Under the pieces are notes generated by a model. The model did no database searches and was not told where the DNA came from. It was given only the letters and a program-made list of their open reading frames with translations. Position numbers and translations under genes: made by a program. Positions 30,352-41,549 of a DNA stretch of 64,000 nucleotides are shown here, in pieces; position 1 is the stretch's first letter; every line of letters starts with the position of its first letter. The stretch comes from a virus. The stretch lies in the IMG/VR virus record IMGVR_UViG_3300019487_000017; one strand, written 5' to 3'.

Positions 30352-30983
30352 TATCGATGTTTTCCTTTTGCTTTGGAGTCTGTTTCATCTATTCCAGTGT
30401 ATTCTAGCCATGCACAGATATCTTCATATTCTGTTGTTATCCCGTCGATGGTTTTCTTTCGTTTGATGGGGCCATTCCAGGCTTTGAAGCGGTAAGGTCC
30501 AAATCCAAGGATATATTTACCATCATCTGTTTTCTCTAGTAGTTTATATGGGCATTGGGCGATATAAACTCTGTCGTCACGTCCTTCTTCCTTTGAAACA
30601 CGTATGTGTTCAAAGGAATCATGTGGTCCTGGTACTTCTATGATTTCATACCAAGGACAGGAGAAAGCGGTTGGTGGTGGATAGGGGAGCGGGTCTTTAC
30701 CGGCGCGGAGTCGCCAGAAGAGACGTGATTTAAGCCAATCAATGTCATTTGGCATGAATAATGTTTTATTTTTATTCTCTAAGAACAGGTTTCTGTATTG
30801 GTCTTCTTCAAATAGTATATAAACCCATGCATTATAGGCTTTTAGGAGGGACAAATCGTGTCGGGTCAGAATTGGATCGCCGTGGTGAGAGCCAACTGGT
30901 TTAGCATCTAATTCTTGCAGTCTTTTTTCTGCATCAAGTGCGCGTGCTTTCCAGTCTTCTAGTGTAAGGTTTTCATCTGTCAT
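30351..30983 (-). CDS. hypothetical protein
   Basis: 210 aa ORF coupled to next gene. Confidence 0.55.
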   Translation of the reverse strand: MTDENLTLEDWKARALDAEKRLQELDAKPVGSHHGDPILTRHDLSLLKAYNAWVYILFEEDQYRNLFLENKNKTLFMPNDIDWLKSRLFWRLRAGKDPLPYPPPTAFSCPWYEIIEVPGPHDSFEHIRVSKEEGRDDRVYIAQCPYKLLEKTDDGKYILGFGPYRFKAWNGPIKRKKTIDGITTEYEDICAWLEYTGIDETDSKAKGKHR

Positions 30984-31063
30984 ATGGATATGCCTATAGG
31001 GAGTAAAAGGGTCTGAACAAAGAAAATATTTTTGCGCGGGGCAAATAAAACTGTTTTAGTTGT

Positions 31064-31801
31064 TTATAGTTCTAAGTCTCCTACAACAAGATTTTTCGTA
31101 CTATTCCAGTCTTTGTCTAATTTGTTTCGTTCTTCAGAAGAGAATTGGTTTGCCTGGTTTTTGAAGTATTCTTGGATTAGTTGATCTTTAATGGGTACAG
31201 AGCAATTAAATTTTTTGCGTGTTAGTTCCCACGGTGTACCAGGTTCATGAGACATATTCGATAATTGAATTGCTGTATAATCTGACAAGACATCCCATAC
31301 TCTATCAACAATCGCTTTTGATTGAATAAATTCATTAAATGTTGTAAAATCTTTGGGTTGACAATGCATGGATGGAATATATGTATTTACTACTTTTTCA
31401 GTAATCTCTTCATTTCCGTAGGGTTTTAGTGCATGATAAAGTGATGGTATAACGGGACCAAAATCCCAAGCTTCCACACATTCATTAATAAGGGGTCTTT
31501 TAGTAACTGCAAGATGCCAACCATGAGCATAATAAACAAGTCTATGCAGTTTCATGGGGGTAAGAGGTTTGTTTTGAGATATACTCAAAACTATTAAATA
31601 GTTTGCTACAGCGGTAGCTTCAAATTTTTCATATGGTGGTATTTTTATCATTTGTTTTAATGTAGATTTTTCTGATACGAGTATATCGTATTGTCTACGT
31701 AGCATAATAACTTTTATTCCTTCATTATGTAGCTGCACTGCTAGATATATTATGAATACAATACAGAAAACGATGATTGATAAGAGTATGATTGTTAACA
31801 T
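31064..31801 (-). CDS. Panacea (DUF4065/SocA-like) antitoxin-domain protein with N-terminal TM helix
   Basis: VANYLI..LTPMKLHRLVYYAHGWHL..EAWDFGPVIPSLY..LSNMSHEPGTPW. Confidence 0.82.
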   Translation of the reverse strand: MLTIILLSIIVFCIVFIIYLAVQLHNEGIKVIMLRRQYDILVSEKSTLKQMIKIPPYEKFEATAVANYLIVLSISQNKPLTPMKLHRLVYYAHGWHLAVTKRPLINECVEAWDFGPVIPSLYHALKPYGNEEITEKVVNTYIPSMHCQPKDFTTFNEFIQSKAIVDRVWDVLSDYTAIQLSNMSHEPGTPWELTRKKFNCSVPIKDQLIQEYFKNQANQFSSEERNKLDKDWNSTKNLVVGDLEL

Positions 31802-31803
31802 TT

Positions 31804-32199
31804 TTAAGAAGTGATATCTGAATCACTTATTGGGAATTGTGACATTGACTTAGCGGGTTCTGTTCTGGCAGTCTTGCTAATGAAACGGCTTAGTTTACCT
31901 TCTGTAAACCTTATGACATAATCAAATGATTTTGCATCTTCGCCATTTTCTGTGTATCGATCATATCCGCCATCAGGATTGGGTGAGCCTCCCACTATAT
32001 TGCTCGTATAGATATTCAGATCTCCATGATAGTTTAAATCTTTGCCGTCTTCGTTGGTGAGTCTTCCATCTTCTGTTAAAATATAAACATCAAGAGAATT
32101 TTCCAAATCTTTAGTTTGAAAGATTGTGCCTTTTTTCACGTAGGCTTCATCCTCTGGTGAAAGAGGGTAATTGAATATAATTTCATCAAAGAGTCCCAT
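31804..32199 (-). CDS. conserved phage hypothetical protein
   Basis: MGLFD..FQTKDL..FTEGKL family pattern. Confidence 0.6.
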   Translation of the reverse strand: MGLFDEIIFNYPLSPEDEAYVKKGTIFQTKDLENSLDVYILTEDGRLTNEDGKDLNYHGDLNIYTSNIVGGSPNPDGGYDRYTENGEDAKSFDYVIRFTEGKLSRFISKTARTEPAKSMSQFPISDSDITS

Positions 32200-32501
32200 A
32201 TAGTCATTCCTATTTATTCAAAAGCACATAAGCCTATTTCTTCATAAGACATAGAGCCTGAATGTGTTTCGTTCAGGTTGGCATACATATGTGTTGTTTG
32301 TTGTCTAATAGCTACTACAACTGTAGAGGGTTTAAAGCCAAATTCTTTTCGAAACATTTTTATTAATTCTCGTTGGTTGTGTAAACGTGTTCTTTGTATA
32401 TACCTGTTAGCCAGGTATTTATCTCTTGATGAGATATTATGTTTTTTTATAAAAGTTCTTCTTTGAATACAGCATTTGTTTTCAAATGTCGGTAAAATCA
32501 C

Positions 32502-32903
32502 TTATATTAATAAATGTTGTGTAGTCCATTGGGAATCACTTAGCACCTGTTGCATTGCATATCGTGTTACGATATTTATTATTAATGGAGCGCGTAGGTT
32601 TGCCACTGGAGATTGATTAACTTTGGAGCAGATGACTAATAATCGTGATAATTTGCGGTCTATTTTCTGCCAGATTTCTTCGCTATCGTAGTTTTCAAAG
32701 AAGAGAGAGGGGTCTGTTACTACGAATGCAATGTTCGGTTCTTCAATGGATTGTAGCCAGAAGAAGTAGCTATTTTCTTCTTGTTGTATAAGCACAAAAC
32801 GTGTGTGATTTGGGAAGCCTATTAAACCATTTGAAAAGGTAATAACACTTTGTGTGTCAATATCAATTTCGCCAAAATGTTTTGTTTTGATAATCATAAT
32901 CAC
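32502..32903 (-). CDS. fliW: flagellar assembly factor FliW (CsrA antagonist) homolog
   Basis: TKHFGEIDID..ITFSNGLIGF..FWLQS..AFVVTDP..ANLRAPLIIN..AMQQVL. Confidence 0.88.
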   Translation of the reverse strand: MIMIIKTKHFGEIDIDTQSVITFSNGLIGFPNHTRFVLIQQEENSYFFWLQSIEEPNIAFVVTDPSLFFENYDSEEIWQKIDRKLSRLLVICSKVNQSPVANLRAPLIINIVTRYAMQQVLSDSQWTTQHLLI

Positions 32904-32905
32904 CT

Positions 32906-33631
32906 TTAAAAGAGTTTCTTTTCGCTTAAAATAACTTCAGGTGGTTTTTCTATAGGTTCAGGAATTTCGGATTGAGCAGATTGTAACATCTTCCAGTATT
33001 TAACGCAACCTTCCATTGCATCTAATGAGCAGACTTTTGGAGGTTGAGGGACAAGTTTTTCGGGAAGTAGTTTTCCAAGTTCATTGTAATTTTCCCAGCA
33101 CCAATCTTGTCCTTCTTTGGTAAGGAACATTCTGATACCATTTCTAAGTTTAATAACTTCATCAATTAGTTGTGGTGCGTTTAGTTTAACTAAAGAGAAA
33201 TCATTTTCATTATCTTGATATAGAAGATAATTAATAAACTCTTGTGACTCAAATATTTTAGATCGTTCCATGAGAGGTGTGGGATGAGGCCAGAACCAGT
33301 CCCATAATTCGCATTTGCTTTTTTCTTCTTCGGGAACAGTTGGGATGCCGCTTTTCCAGTCTGCGGTCATAACGATAACTGTATAATGTTTTTGATGATC
33401 TGGCCAAGGGCGGTTATAACAAGTTAGGTATTTGATGTTTTCTATTTCGAGGGTTGTTTCTTCGCGGACTTCTCTGATAGCGCAGTCTTTCCATGATTCA
33501 TACATATCTAATTTGCCGCCGGGGATTTGCCATGTATTAGCGCCTGGTTCGCTTAGACGTTTGCCAAAGAGAAATTTATTGTCTTTTTTGACAAGGACAG
33601 AAACCCCTACTTGTGGTTGTAATGTTGTCAT
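32906..33631 (-). CDS. Nudix hydrolase with extra C-terminal domain
   Basis: Nudix box GGKLDMYESWKDCAIREVREETTL; EKSKCELWDWF. Confidence 0.85.
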   Translation of the reverse strand: MTTLQPQVGVSVLVKKDNKFLFGKRLSEPGANTWQIPGGKLDMYESWKDCAIREVREETTLEIENIKYLTCYNRPWPDHQKHYTVIVMTADWKSGIPTVPEEEKSKCELWDWFWPHPTPLMERSKIFESQEFINYLLYQDNENDFSLVKLNAPQLIDEVIKLRNGIRMFLTKEGQDWCWENYNELGKLLPEKLVPQPPKVCSLDAMEGCVKYWKMLQSAQSEIPEPIEKPPEVILSEKKLF

Positions 33632-34927
33632 ACGTTATGTAATCGCCTTTGTGCCAGTTCGGGAGATTAAGGCAGTTAAGACCATGTAGTTTATAGACTA
33701 GGATTTACATAAATACTGAAGACAGTTTTATTTTCCGCCACATTTACATCCTTATGGAGAGCATCACTGGGGATGATACTGTAATAATGGTTAGCCATAG
33801 GATATTTATTAAACATTTCAGATTTTTGTACACAAAATTGAAGTCCGCATTTAAGACCGTAAATGCATCCAGATATGAGTGTTGTTACAAATAGAGAACT
33901 TTGGTTTATAAGATCGCATTGTAGATCGCAGAAGGGGCAGATTAGTATGTTATTTAGTTGTTGTATTCCTACATTAGTATTTATGGTATTTTCTATTTTA
34001 GGGCATATTTGTGCAATTCTTGATTTTTCAAGATGGTTTTTATTCTTAAATCTTTGTTCTACAGAAAAAGAGCAGATATAATCATATGAGGTTATAATTA
34101 CATCATTGGAGTGGTGTAATATATAACATCCTTTTCGTTCTGCTAGACAAAAAGGGCAATAATTGCAGGTAAAAGTAACTTCTTCATTAATAGCATTTTT
34201 CATATAGTTTTTTAAAAGTAGACTTCTTCCATAAAGACTTCCCAAGTACCTTCATCATCTTTGTATGATGAGATTGTTGTTTGTTTTTCATCTACTTTAA
34301 AAACATAAGTTATGCTTTTATCTGTATTTAGAGTTTCGCAGAAGTAGAGGAACGCTTTATCATTTGGTTCTTGTAGGTTGCCTTTTGCGAATTTGCCTGC
34401 TTTTTGGATGATTTGTGGTATACGTGCTTCTTTTGGGTCGAGTTTAACGACGCAGCGTTTTTGGTTATTAACGGTTGTAGTTTCTACTATCATGGTTTGT
34501 GTCTTTTTAAGCAGGTCATTAATATGAGAAGTAACGTACTATATGCTGGAAAAATTTTAGGCTGGAGAAAATTTACAACAATGTGTTTTTTTTATGAATA
34601 TATAAATAGTTTAAGTATAAAAGGATAATAAAAATGATAGTACAATGTAAAGATCTAGATACAAAAACGATTATTTATTTTAATACAAAAGAAATATCTT
34701 TTCTGGCGACATCGCTCCAGCCTTTATTTATGGCAAAACTTGGACATTCTATTTTACAAAGTCCTAAGAATGTGAACTTTGTACTTTTAAAAGACGGGCA
34801 GCATATTTTTGTTGATGATAATCAATTTGATAATTTACTGCACATTATGAGGGATGAAGATGGGTCTGCAATCATGGATTTAGATAAGAATAAGGAAACT
34901 AGAAAAAATTGAAGAAGTTAAGTAAAT

Positions 34928-35179
34928 ATGAATTGGTTTAAAAGAGCTGGATTAGGAGATGGTCAGGCGTGGGTAATGCCGTCATCTTTTATTCCACCGA
35001 CACGTCGTGGTAACATCATATCTGGTTTAGAAAGAGTTATACAACAGAATTCGACTTATTTAGCTCAATTAGGGATGTTAGATTATGAGCAAAAAGGGAA
35101 GAACATTAATGTTTGGTTTGCGAAGGTAATAGAGGGTTTAATGACTCAAGATGGGGTAAAGGGTCAGCGTTTGTCTTGA
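34928..35179 (+). CDS. small protein with MNWFKRA N-terminus
   Basis: + strand ORF within a - strand region; N-terminal motif shared with 52765..53262. Confidence 0.5.
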   Translation: MNWFKRAGLGDGQAWVMPSSFIPPTRRGNIISGLERVIQQNSTYLAQLGMLDYEQKGKNINVWFAKVIEGLMTQDGVKGQRLS

Positions 35180-35712
35180 GTTCTCCCCTAGCACATTTAT
35201 GAGCAAGTTTATTTTCTCTGCGTGGAACATAATTAACATTATGTCTCATAACAGAAACATAGCAATCTGAATAGATTTTTTCATCTGGAAAAATTATTCG
35301 CGCTCTTTTAATTGCTTCTGATTCTGGATTTTGATTAGTTTTAAGTTTTATTCTAATAGAGCAGGCTATTCGTTTGGATTTAATTTGTACGATTCCGACC
35401 CATTGAACACCATTTAACTTTGAAGCATCTACATAGACTCCATTAGGTCTTTGGAGATAAGCAGCCATTTTCTTATAAGTTTTGCGCCGGTCTTTTTCGG
35501 TTACGCCTGGTTCCCATAGCCAACCAGAAAGTACTCTTTGAGAGTATTTAAGATAGCCTATGTTTGCTGGAATTGAGAAAAGATTAGTCTCCTTTGAATC
35601 TTTATCAGGCATTAACATCCTCCGCATTGCTCATTAATTTGTTCTTTTAAGTATTTTAGGACTTCTCCCCACAGATTTATTGAGACAGGGGAGAAACTCT
35701 AAAATATCTATT

Positions 35713-36300
35713 TTAACGTTTTCTACGGATCATGAACGGGAGGGCTAAGAAAGCGAGTGATGTAGGTTCAGGAATTACTGACATGAATTCAAAATCAGGA
35801 TATGGTTCTTGCAAGCGCCAGACAACCCGTGCATCCCAATAAGTGATACCATCAGAAATATATTCATTGTAATCAGCAGTAGCTTGAATAACATTGAACG
35901 GTGTAATAGAGGCATAAATAGATGCGTAGTTATCAAATGTATTGGTTTCAAAATTATAGGGAGCATTAAGGTTCATAGCTGTAACAACGCTAATACCATT
36001 ACGATTAAAGTCAGAGGCATGAATAATATCATCGAATGTTTCTGCAGGCTGGACTCTGCCGTAAAAAGAAACATTCATATTTCCATCGCCTGAATACCAT
36101 AATCCTGCAGCATCAATAAGATGAGGCGTCAAAATGAGGGCATTCATTACAACAGTTGGTCTACCGCTATCACTGGTGGTATTGGTGTAAAAATTCAATG
36201 TTACACCATCGATAGTAGTAGTGCCTGCGAGGGATCCAAACGTCATTACGGGGGTAATGAGGAAGGACAGAAGAACGATAAGGAAATTAGAGTTTTTCAT
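35713..36300 (-). CDS. PEP-CTERM sorting-domain surface protein
   Basis: N-terminal signal peptide; C-terminal VIPEPTSLAFLALPFMIRRKR. Confidence 0.85.
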   Translation of the reverse strand: MKNSNFLIVLLSFLITPVMTFGSLAGTTTIDGVTLNFYTNTTSDSGRPTVVMNALILTPHLIDAAGLWYSGDGNMNVSFYGRVQPAETFDDIIHASDFNRNGISVVTAMNLNAPYNFETNTFDNYASIYASITPFNVIQATADYNEYISDGITYWDARVVWRLQEPYPDFEFMSVIPEPTSLAFLALPFMIRRKR

Positions 36301-36943
36301 ACAAGAGATTTAGAGAATAATTAGAATCAGGAGATAAGGGGATTTTATTTGTCGGAAAATTTATTCAATTCAGATTGAATCACATCAATATTAAACATTT
36401 GATGTTGTTGTTCTTCTAAGAAGGCTTTTACATGTAGTGACATTATATACAGTGCATCTTTTGCAAGACTTGGAGATTCTATTGGGAATATATTTCCCAG
36501 CATATATCCTCCTGTTTCAGTATTTACTCTTTTGATGAGGTTATTTTCAAAATCAAAATATGGGTATACTGTGTAGGTTTGCCCCATTAAGACACTAGTG
36601 TATTTAGGGAATAGATAGACACATTTAATAGAATTCTCGCTACTCCAAGCATATAAACCAGGTTTTAAATTTTCAAGTTTATTCATTTAATTTCCTTAAG
36701 TCTTTAAATGTATGGGGGAACCAATACACTTTCCATCCATTTTTAAATTTGCCAGTTCTTGAGCATTCTGATTGCCCTGGAGGTTCTATATGAGCAACGA
36801 TAGCGGTAGCTACGGGTAGCTTATCAAAATTAAAAACAATAGTATCACCAACTTCGCATTTTGGTTTGAATCGGAAGCTCCAAAACTCCCACATTCCGAT
36901 TGGTGGTTCTTCCCAAAAATGTCCTCTTGCAACAGAAGGTACA

Positions 36944-37714
36944 TTAATATTCATATGCTATTCTTTCTGGAATTTCTTGTCGAGATGGATATTTTCCATT
37001 CCATATTATGTTCCAATTGAGGTTTTTGACAGCTTTAATTGTGGCTTCTCCAACATAGGTTATATTATTATAACCTAATGAATACAAGAATGCTTTATGG
37101 ATGAAAGGTAAGATGTTTTCTTGTGTTACTTTTTCTTTATTGATAGAAACTTTTGTGAATACTGCAGTTAATGGATTAATTATAGGACAGGCATATGCTG
37201 TTGCAACATATCCTGCCGCAACAAAATCTTTTTTATGCCCCACAACATCTATTAATATATAACTTGAACAACCTGGATGAGTAGTATGTTGTTCTATGAA
37301 TTCGATATCATGAGATTCTTTCGCATAGACGTGAATTCCGTAGTAGATAAGATTACTGGCGAGCTCTATGGCATCCAATTCAACAGCATTTCTATTAGAA
37401 TTATAAAAGTTGTTTTCATCTAGCTCCAATGTTTGTGATTGAAACGGGCTTACTACTACTACTACATTGATATTATGTCCTAATAATGGTAGATCTATAT
37501 AATTGTTGAGCATATCAAGTTTATTACTACATGCATAATTTGAAACATATTTTTTATTTGGCGAAGATCTTATTATTGAGCCGTCGTCTTCTCTTTGTAT
37601 TGGTTCCCCATGCTGATCAAAAAACAGCAAAGAAAATAATTTTAAAAATGTCTTTTCATTGGTATCTCCAAATAAGCTATCTACTGTATGTGTAGAAGAA
37701 ATTTTTAAGCACAT
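36944..37714 (-). CDS. hypothetical protein
   Basis: 256 aa ORF. Confidence 0.55.
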   Translation of the reverse strand: MCLKISSTHTVDSLFGDTNEKTFLKLFSLLFFDQHGEPIQREDDGSIIRSSPNKKYVSNYACSNKLDMLNNYIDLPLLGHNINVVVVVSPFQSQTLELDENNFYNSNRNAVELDAIELASNLIYYGIHVYAKESHDIEFIEQHTTHPGCSSYILIDVVGHKKDFVAAGYVATAYACPIINPLTAVFTKVSINKEKVTQENILPFIHKAFLYSLGYNNITYVGEATIKAVKNLNWNIIWNGKYPSRQEIPERIAYEY

Positions 37715-38052
37715 AATACTTTACCCTTAAATGATGAGTCTGCATAGTGTAACTGCGAGTTATTTTTATCTGGAGAATGTTAATAATTTATCTCATAATA
37801 GCAACCACAGCAATACTTTACGACAATTAGACTATACTAAAAGACACAATGTCTATAAAAAGCGGGGGTTTTCTGGAACAGGTCACATTTTGTGAAAATA
37901 AGGAAATTCTTATAAAATCATCAATTTTAAGTCCTTATATTCTTGGGAGATAAAATTATCTGGAAAACCATAAGTTAAATATTTATGGCATGTATTATGC
38001 AATTCTTTAAATTGTCGTAGCGAGTTATTGTTTTTTTGAAAGGAGTAATTTT

Positions 38053-38745
38053 ATGGCTCAGACTCAACAAGGTAATAGGGGGAATACAAATGCCTCTGGT
38101 TCTGGAAGCGGTCAGGACCGCAATAATGATAACAGAGGCAGAGGTAATTTTGGAAACCCTGAACAACATGCGGAGGCAGGTCGCCAAAGCAGTGGTAATA
38201 GGGGGAATCCAGAGCAACATGCAGAAGCTGGCAGACAGAGCAGTGGCAATAGAGGGGGTCAACAGGGTGGTTCTGGCGGTCAGCAAAGTGGCTCATCTCG
38301 TGAAAAAATGGAATCTCGCTTTCATAACAGAACTATAGAACAGATGAGAGATCTTTTGCAAGAAATGCAAAGTGATTTAAGTTTCCATGAAACTTCTGCA
38401 GAAGAAATCCGTATGGCTTTGCAAGAAGTTAAGGGTGAAATCGATCAGATTGGTGAAATAGCTCAACAGTCTGAAGGTTCATCTCAGCAAGGAAAACAAT
38501 CATCTGGACAAAAACAGGGTGCAGAAGAAGAGGATGAAGAAAGAGGTCGTGGGCGTCCTGTTGGTTCTGGAAGTGGAACTGGACTTATCTTAGATATCTT
38601 GCAAGACGGTCCAAAAAACCGTCGAGATTTGTTAGAAGAAGCGAAAAAGCGAGGTATCAAGAGTCCCTATTCTTCATTCTACTCTTTAGAAAAGAGTGGA
38701 AAAGTAAAAAGGGACAGACAGGACAACGTAACTCTTGTATCTTAA
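38053..38745 (+). CDS. hydrophilic protein with stress-protein (KGG/GsiB-like) repeats, coiled coil, AT-hook and probable winged helix
   Basis: 2x GNPEQHAEAGRQSSGNRG; RGRGRP; ILDILQDGPKNRRDLL..LEKSGKVKR; AAGGAG RBS. Confidence 0.6.
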   Translation: MAQTQQGNRGNTNASGSGSGQDRNNDNRGRGNFGNPEQHAEAGRQSSGNRGNPEQHAEAGRQSSGNRGGQQGGSGGQQSGSSREKMESRFHNRTIEQMRDLLQEMQSDLSFHETSAEEIRMALQEVKGEIDQIGEIAQQSEGSSQQGKQSSGQKQGAEEEDEERGRGRPVGSGSGTGLILDILQDGPKNRRDLLEEAKKRGIKSPYSSFYSLEKSGKVKRDRQDNVTLVS

Positions 38746-38771
38746 ATTATTAATATGATTATTCGCTATGG

Positions 38772-38806
38772 CAAAAGTCACCCTTTTATAGGGTGACTTT
38801 TTTATT
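38772..38806 (+). terminator. bidirectional terminator
   Basis: aaaagtcaccct-tttat-agggtgactttttt. Confidence 0.7.
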
Positions 38807-38928
38807 TAACATCCTATTAAAAATATAAGAATAGAGATGAGTACTGCAATGATAGCAGCTATAATAAAGCCATATGGATCGAACCAATCATCATTAAGCA
38901 CATAATTAGATTCAGATCCATATAATAA

Positions 38929-39492
38929 TTATCCTTTAGCTTCAGACATTTCTTCTGCTTCTTCTTTTAGGGCGTAATATTCGCTTAATTTGAGCGAACG
39001 ACATCCATCAATATTAGGGGTTTCTTTATCTTTTATTTTTGGTATTAGAAGAAAACGATATTTACCTTCTTCAAATACTTGATTAGTAAAAAGTCTCATT
39101 GAGCCATCAGAGAACTGTATATTGCTGGTTGGCTTATATAATCGGTTAGCAATATGGGCGTTTGATGGTACTGTAAAAGTTTCCATTAATTTCTGATTCT
39201 CTTTTCCTTCTCTTGTTTTTTTATCAGGCACATAAGTTACATGAGGTGGAAACACCCAACCTCTTTTAGTAATAGATTTCCATCCTTCTTCCATTTTAGC
39301 ATCTTTTTCAGCTAAAATGCCAGTCATGCTTTCGCCGCTTGCCAAAGCGCCTGATCCTCCCTGAGAAAGACACCAATCATGTCTTTTCTCATGGTCTTTT
39401 TGCATTTTATCTTTGCCTTCGTCAAAGATTTTATTTTGTTCTTCGCCTTCAATAAGATAAATGTGGTAGTGATCAAAGTTCATAGTTTTCAT
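38929..39492 (-). CDS. hypothetical protein
   Basis: 187 aa ORF with AAGGA RBS. Confidence 0.55.
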   Translation of the reverse strand: MKTMNFDHYHIYLIEGEEQNKIFDEGKDKMQKDHEKRHDWCLSQGGSGALASGESMTGILAEKDAKMEEGWKSITKRGWVFPPHVTYVPDKKTREGKENQKLMETFTVPSNAHIANRLYKPTSNIQFSDGSMRLFTNQVFEEGKYRFLLIPKIKDKETPNIDGCRSLKLSEYYALKEEAEEMSEAKG

Positions 39493-39495
39493 CCT

Positions 39496-39876
39496 TTATG
39501 ATTTGTGTTTAAGGTATATCCTGATTTCTTCATCTGTTGCATCTTTAACAGAAAAGATTTTAGCATGACGAAATCCGTTAAGAGTATTTAAGTTTGTTAA
39601 ATTTACTGGAGCAAGAGATAGTGTACCTATAACAAATGCTCTACCAGATGCTAAAGGATCTGCTCCTGGTTTAATTGTCAGATTTTCTTCGCGGATTATG
39701 ACAAGAGAATATTGATTATTTAATAATATGGCACTCTTCATTTCTCTCAGGGAAAAATTTATATCTGAAGTAACGTATATAGAAGAATTTATAAGTTTAT
39801 TTTGGTGAATGATACGATTTTGTTGGTTGCATGAAACACAATAAAAAAGAAGTAAAATAACGAATAAATATCTCAT
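39496..39876 (-). CDS. putative lipoprotein
   Basis: MRYLFVILLLFYCVSC lipobox-like signal. Confidence 0.45.
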   Translation of the reverse strand: MRYLFVILLLFYCVSCNQQNRIIHQNKLINSSIYVTSDINFSLREMKSAILLNNQYSLVIIREENLTIKPGADPLASGRAFVIGTLSLAPVNLTNLNTLNGFRHAKIFSVKDATDEEIRIYLKHKS

Positions 39877-39917
39877 GTGTTTGATTAATAATTGTAACTT
39901 GACTTTTTCTGGAGAGG

Positions 39918-40502
39918 TTAGCCTTTAAGAGCATCGAGAAATGGTTTCATCTTTTTTAGAGAGATAATTTTTCTCCAAATAGATGTTTTGATTAATTTTT
40001 CATCTGAATGATAAGAATAGGTATCTTTATATATAACACCATCAGTGATTTTTGCGATGCAATATGAAAGAGCATGTAATGCTTGTAATTTATATAAATA
40101 TTTTAAAGCAAAAAAGTCAGCATGATATTCGGATAATGTTAATGAGTTTTGTTCTGGATACCAGCATTTACAATATCTTTTAGAACAAAGATAGTGTTTA
40201 TATTCATGTAGCCATGTATATAAGCGTTCTGCAGGGTGGATATCTTTTTTGAGTAGGATAAATCTTCGTGGAAGATTAACTTGAACGCTTTCTTTTTTAT
40301 TTAAGTAAACAAACATTCCATCAAAGACATATTCATCTAACATTGTTGTAGCTGGTACATTATAAAAATAGAATGTTTTATTTTCAGGTAATAATCTAGA
40401 AAGTTTTTTTATAAATTCATTGGGATTTGTATGAAATGTTGTAACTTTGCTATCTTTAATTAAATCATTTAAGGTTTTATTATATTGTGAAATTTTTAGC
40501 AT
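39918..40502 (-). CDS. HExxH (ImmA/IrrE-like) metallopeptidase-family protein
   Basis: ERLYTWLHEYKH..EYHADFFA. Confidence 0.55.
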   Translation of the reverse strand: MLKISQYNKTLNDLIKDSKVTTFHTNPNEFIKKLSRLLPENKTFYFYNVPATTMLDEYVFDGMFVYLNKKESVQVNLPRRFILLKKDIHPAERLYTWLHEYKHYLCSKRYCKCWYPEQNSLTLSEYHADFFALKYLYKLQALHALSYCIAKITDGVIYKDTYSYHSDEKLIKTSIWRKIISLKKMKPFLDALKG

Positions 40503-41005
40503 ATTTATTCTAATATATATAACTTCCCGTTAACAACAATACATTTAGATGATTGAAGTGGAATAGGACGATCAGATTCTATTAATTGTAAAATAGATTT
40601 AGGGCAGGTACGAAAAAGAACAAAGTACGGTTCTTCAAATGCAGAGTTAGATATGTCATATCCGCTAGATTCCAAGTGTTTAAATCGTTCATAAGAATCT
40701 TTTATTTCTTGAGCAGGTTTTATGGAGAACAATATTAATTCATCAGAAAATTGAACGGATATGTTGTTGTTATTTATATCTATAGGTTTCATGATTTTTC
40801 GTACTTAGTTGGTTTCCTGTTTACAGTGCCATAGCGATCTTTAACAACTATGTTTTTAGTTCTATCAATGATTTTAATTGCGGTTGAAAAATCGCTAAAA
40901 GAACATGTATCTTTGCAACGTATTTTTGCAACGTATTTTTCGCTGTTTAGTTTTAAAATTACAAAAGAACAATTTATATCTAGATTTTTTCATCTTTTAT
41001 ATCTT

Positions 41006-41488
41006 TCACTTTTTATCTACAGTATATTTTACTCCATCAACAATAAGGTAATTAATGGTTCGTAGATCTACTTGTCTTAATCGATCTTTGCTGTCTGCAA
41101 TATCCATATCTTCTGCAAGGCATCTTCCTAAGATATTATGGCTGATGAGTCTGCCTCTCAGGGTTCGTTCTTTTCCATCTTCTTTGACATAACTGACTGT
41201 AAATGGACGATGATAAGAAGAAACAAGGATTTCAGCAGCTTTGGTTTTCTTTACTGTTTGTTCTTCTTGATATTGGTCTGCTGATGTGGCACTTTCAATT
41301 AAATCAACTCCATCTACTTTAATCTCAGGCGCTCCGGCACCAAGATTGGTTGTGAGCAACGCTGAACCTGACAATACTTCCTTTACTTTTACAAAGAAAG
41401 TAATAGCCATTAAATCATTCTTTTTGACTTTCGATGCTTGAGGTTTGTGAAATGGGCGTGTATCTTGAGAATCGTGTTTATTAGACAT
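41006..41488 (-). CDS. hypothetical protein
   Basis: AAGGA RBS; LRQVDLRTINYLIVDGVKY. Confidence 0.6.
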   Translation of the reverse strand: MSNKHDSQDTRPFHKPQASKVKKNDLMAITFFVKVKEVLSGSALLTTNLGAGAPEIKVDGVDLIESATSADQYQEEQTVKKTKAAEILVSSYHRPFTVSYVKEDGKERTLRGRLISHNILGRCLAEDMDIADSKDRLRQVDLRTINYLIVDGVKYTVDKK

Positions 41489-41549
41489 ATTTGTATATTC
41501 CTTAATTTCTATAACGAGTATTTAGTTTATATATGATTTAACCACAAGG

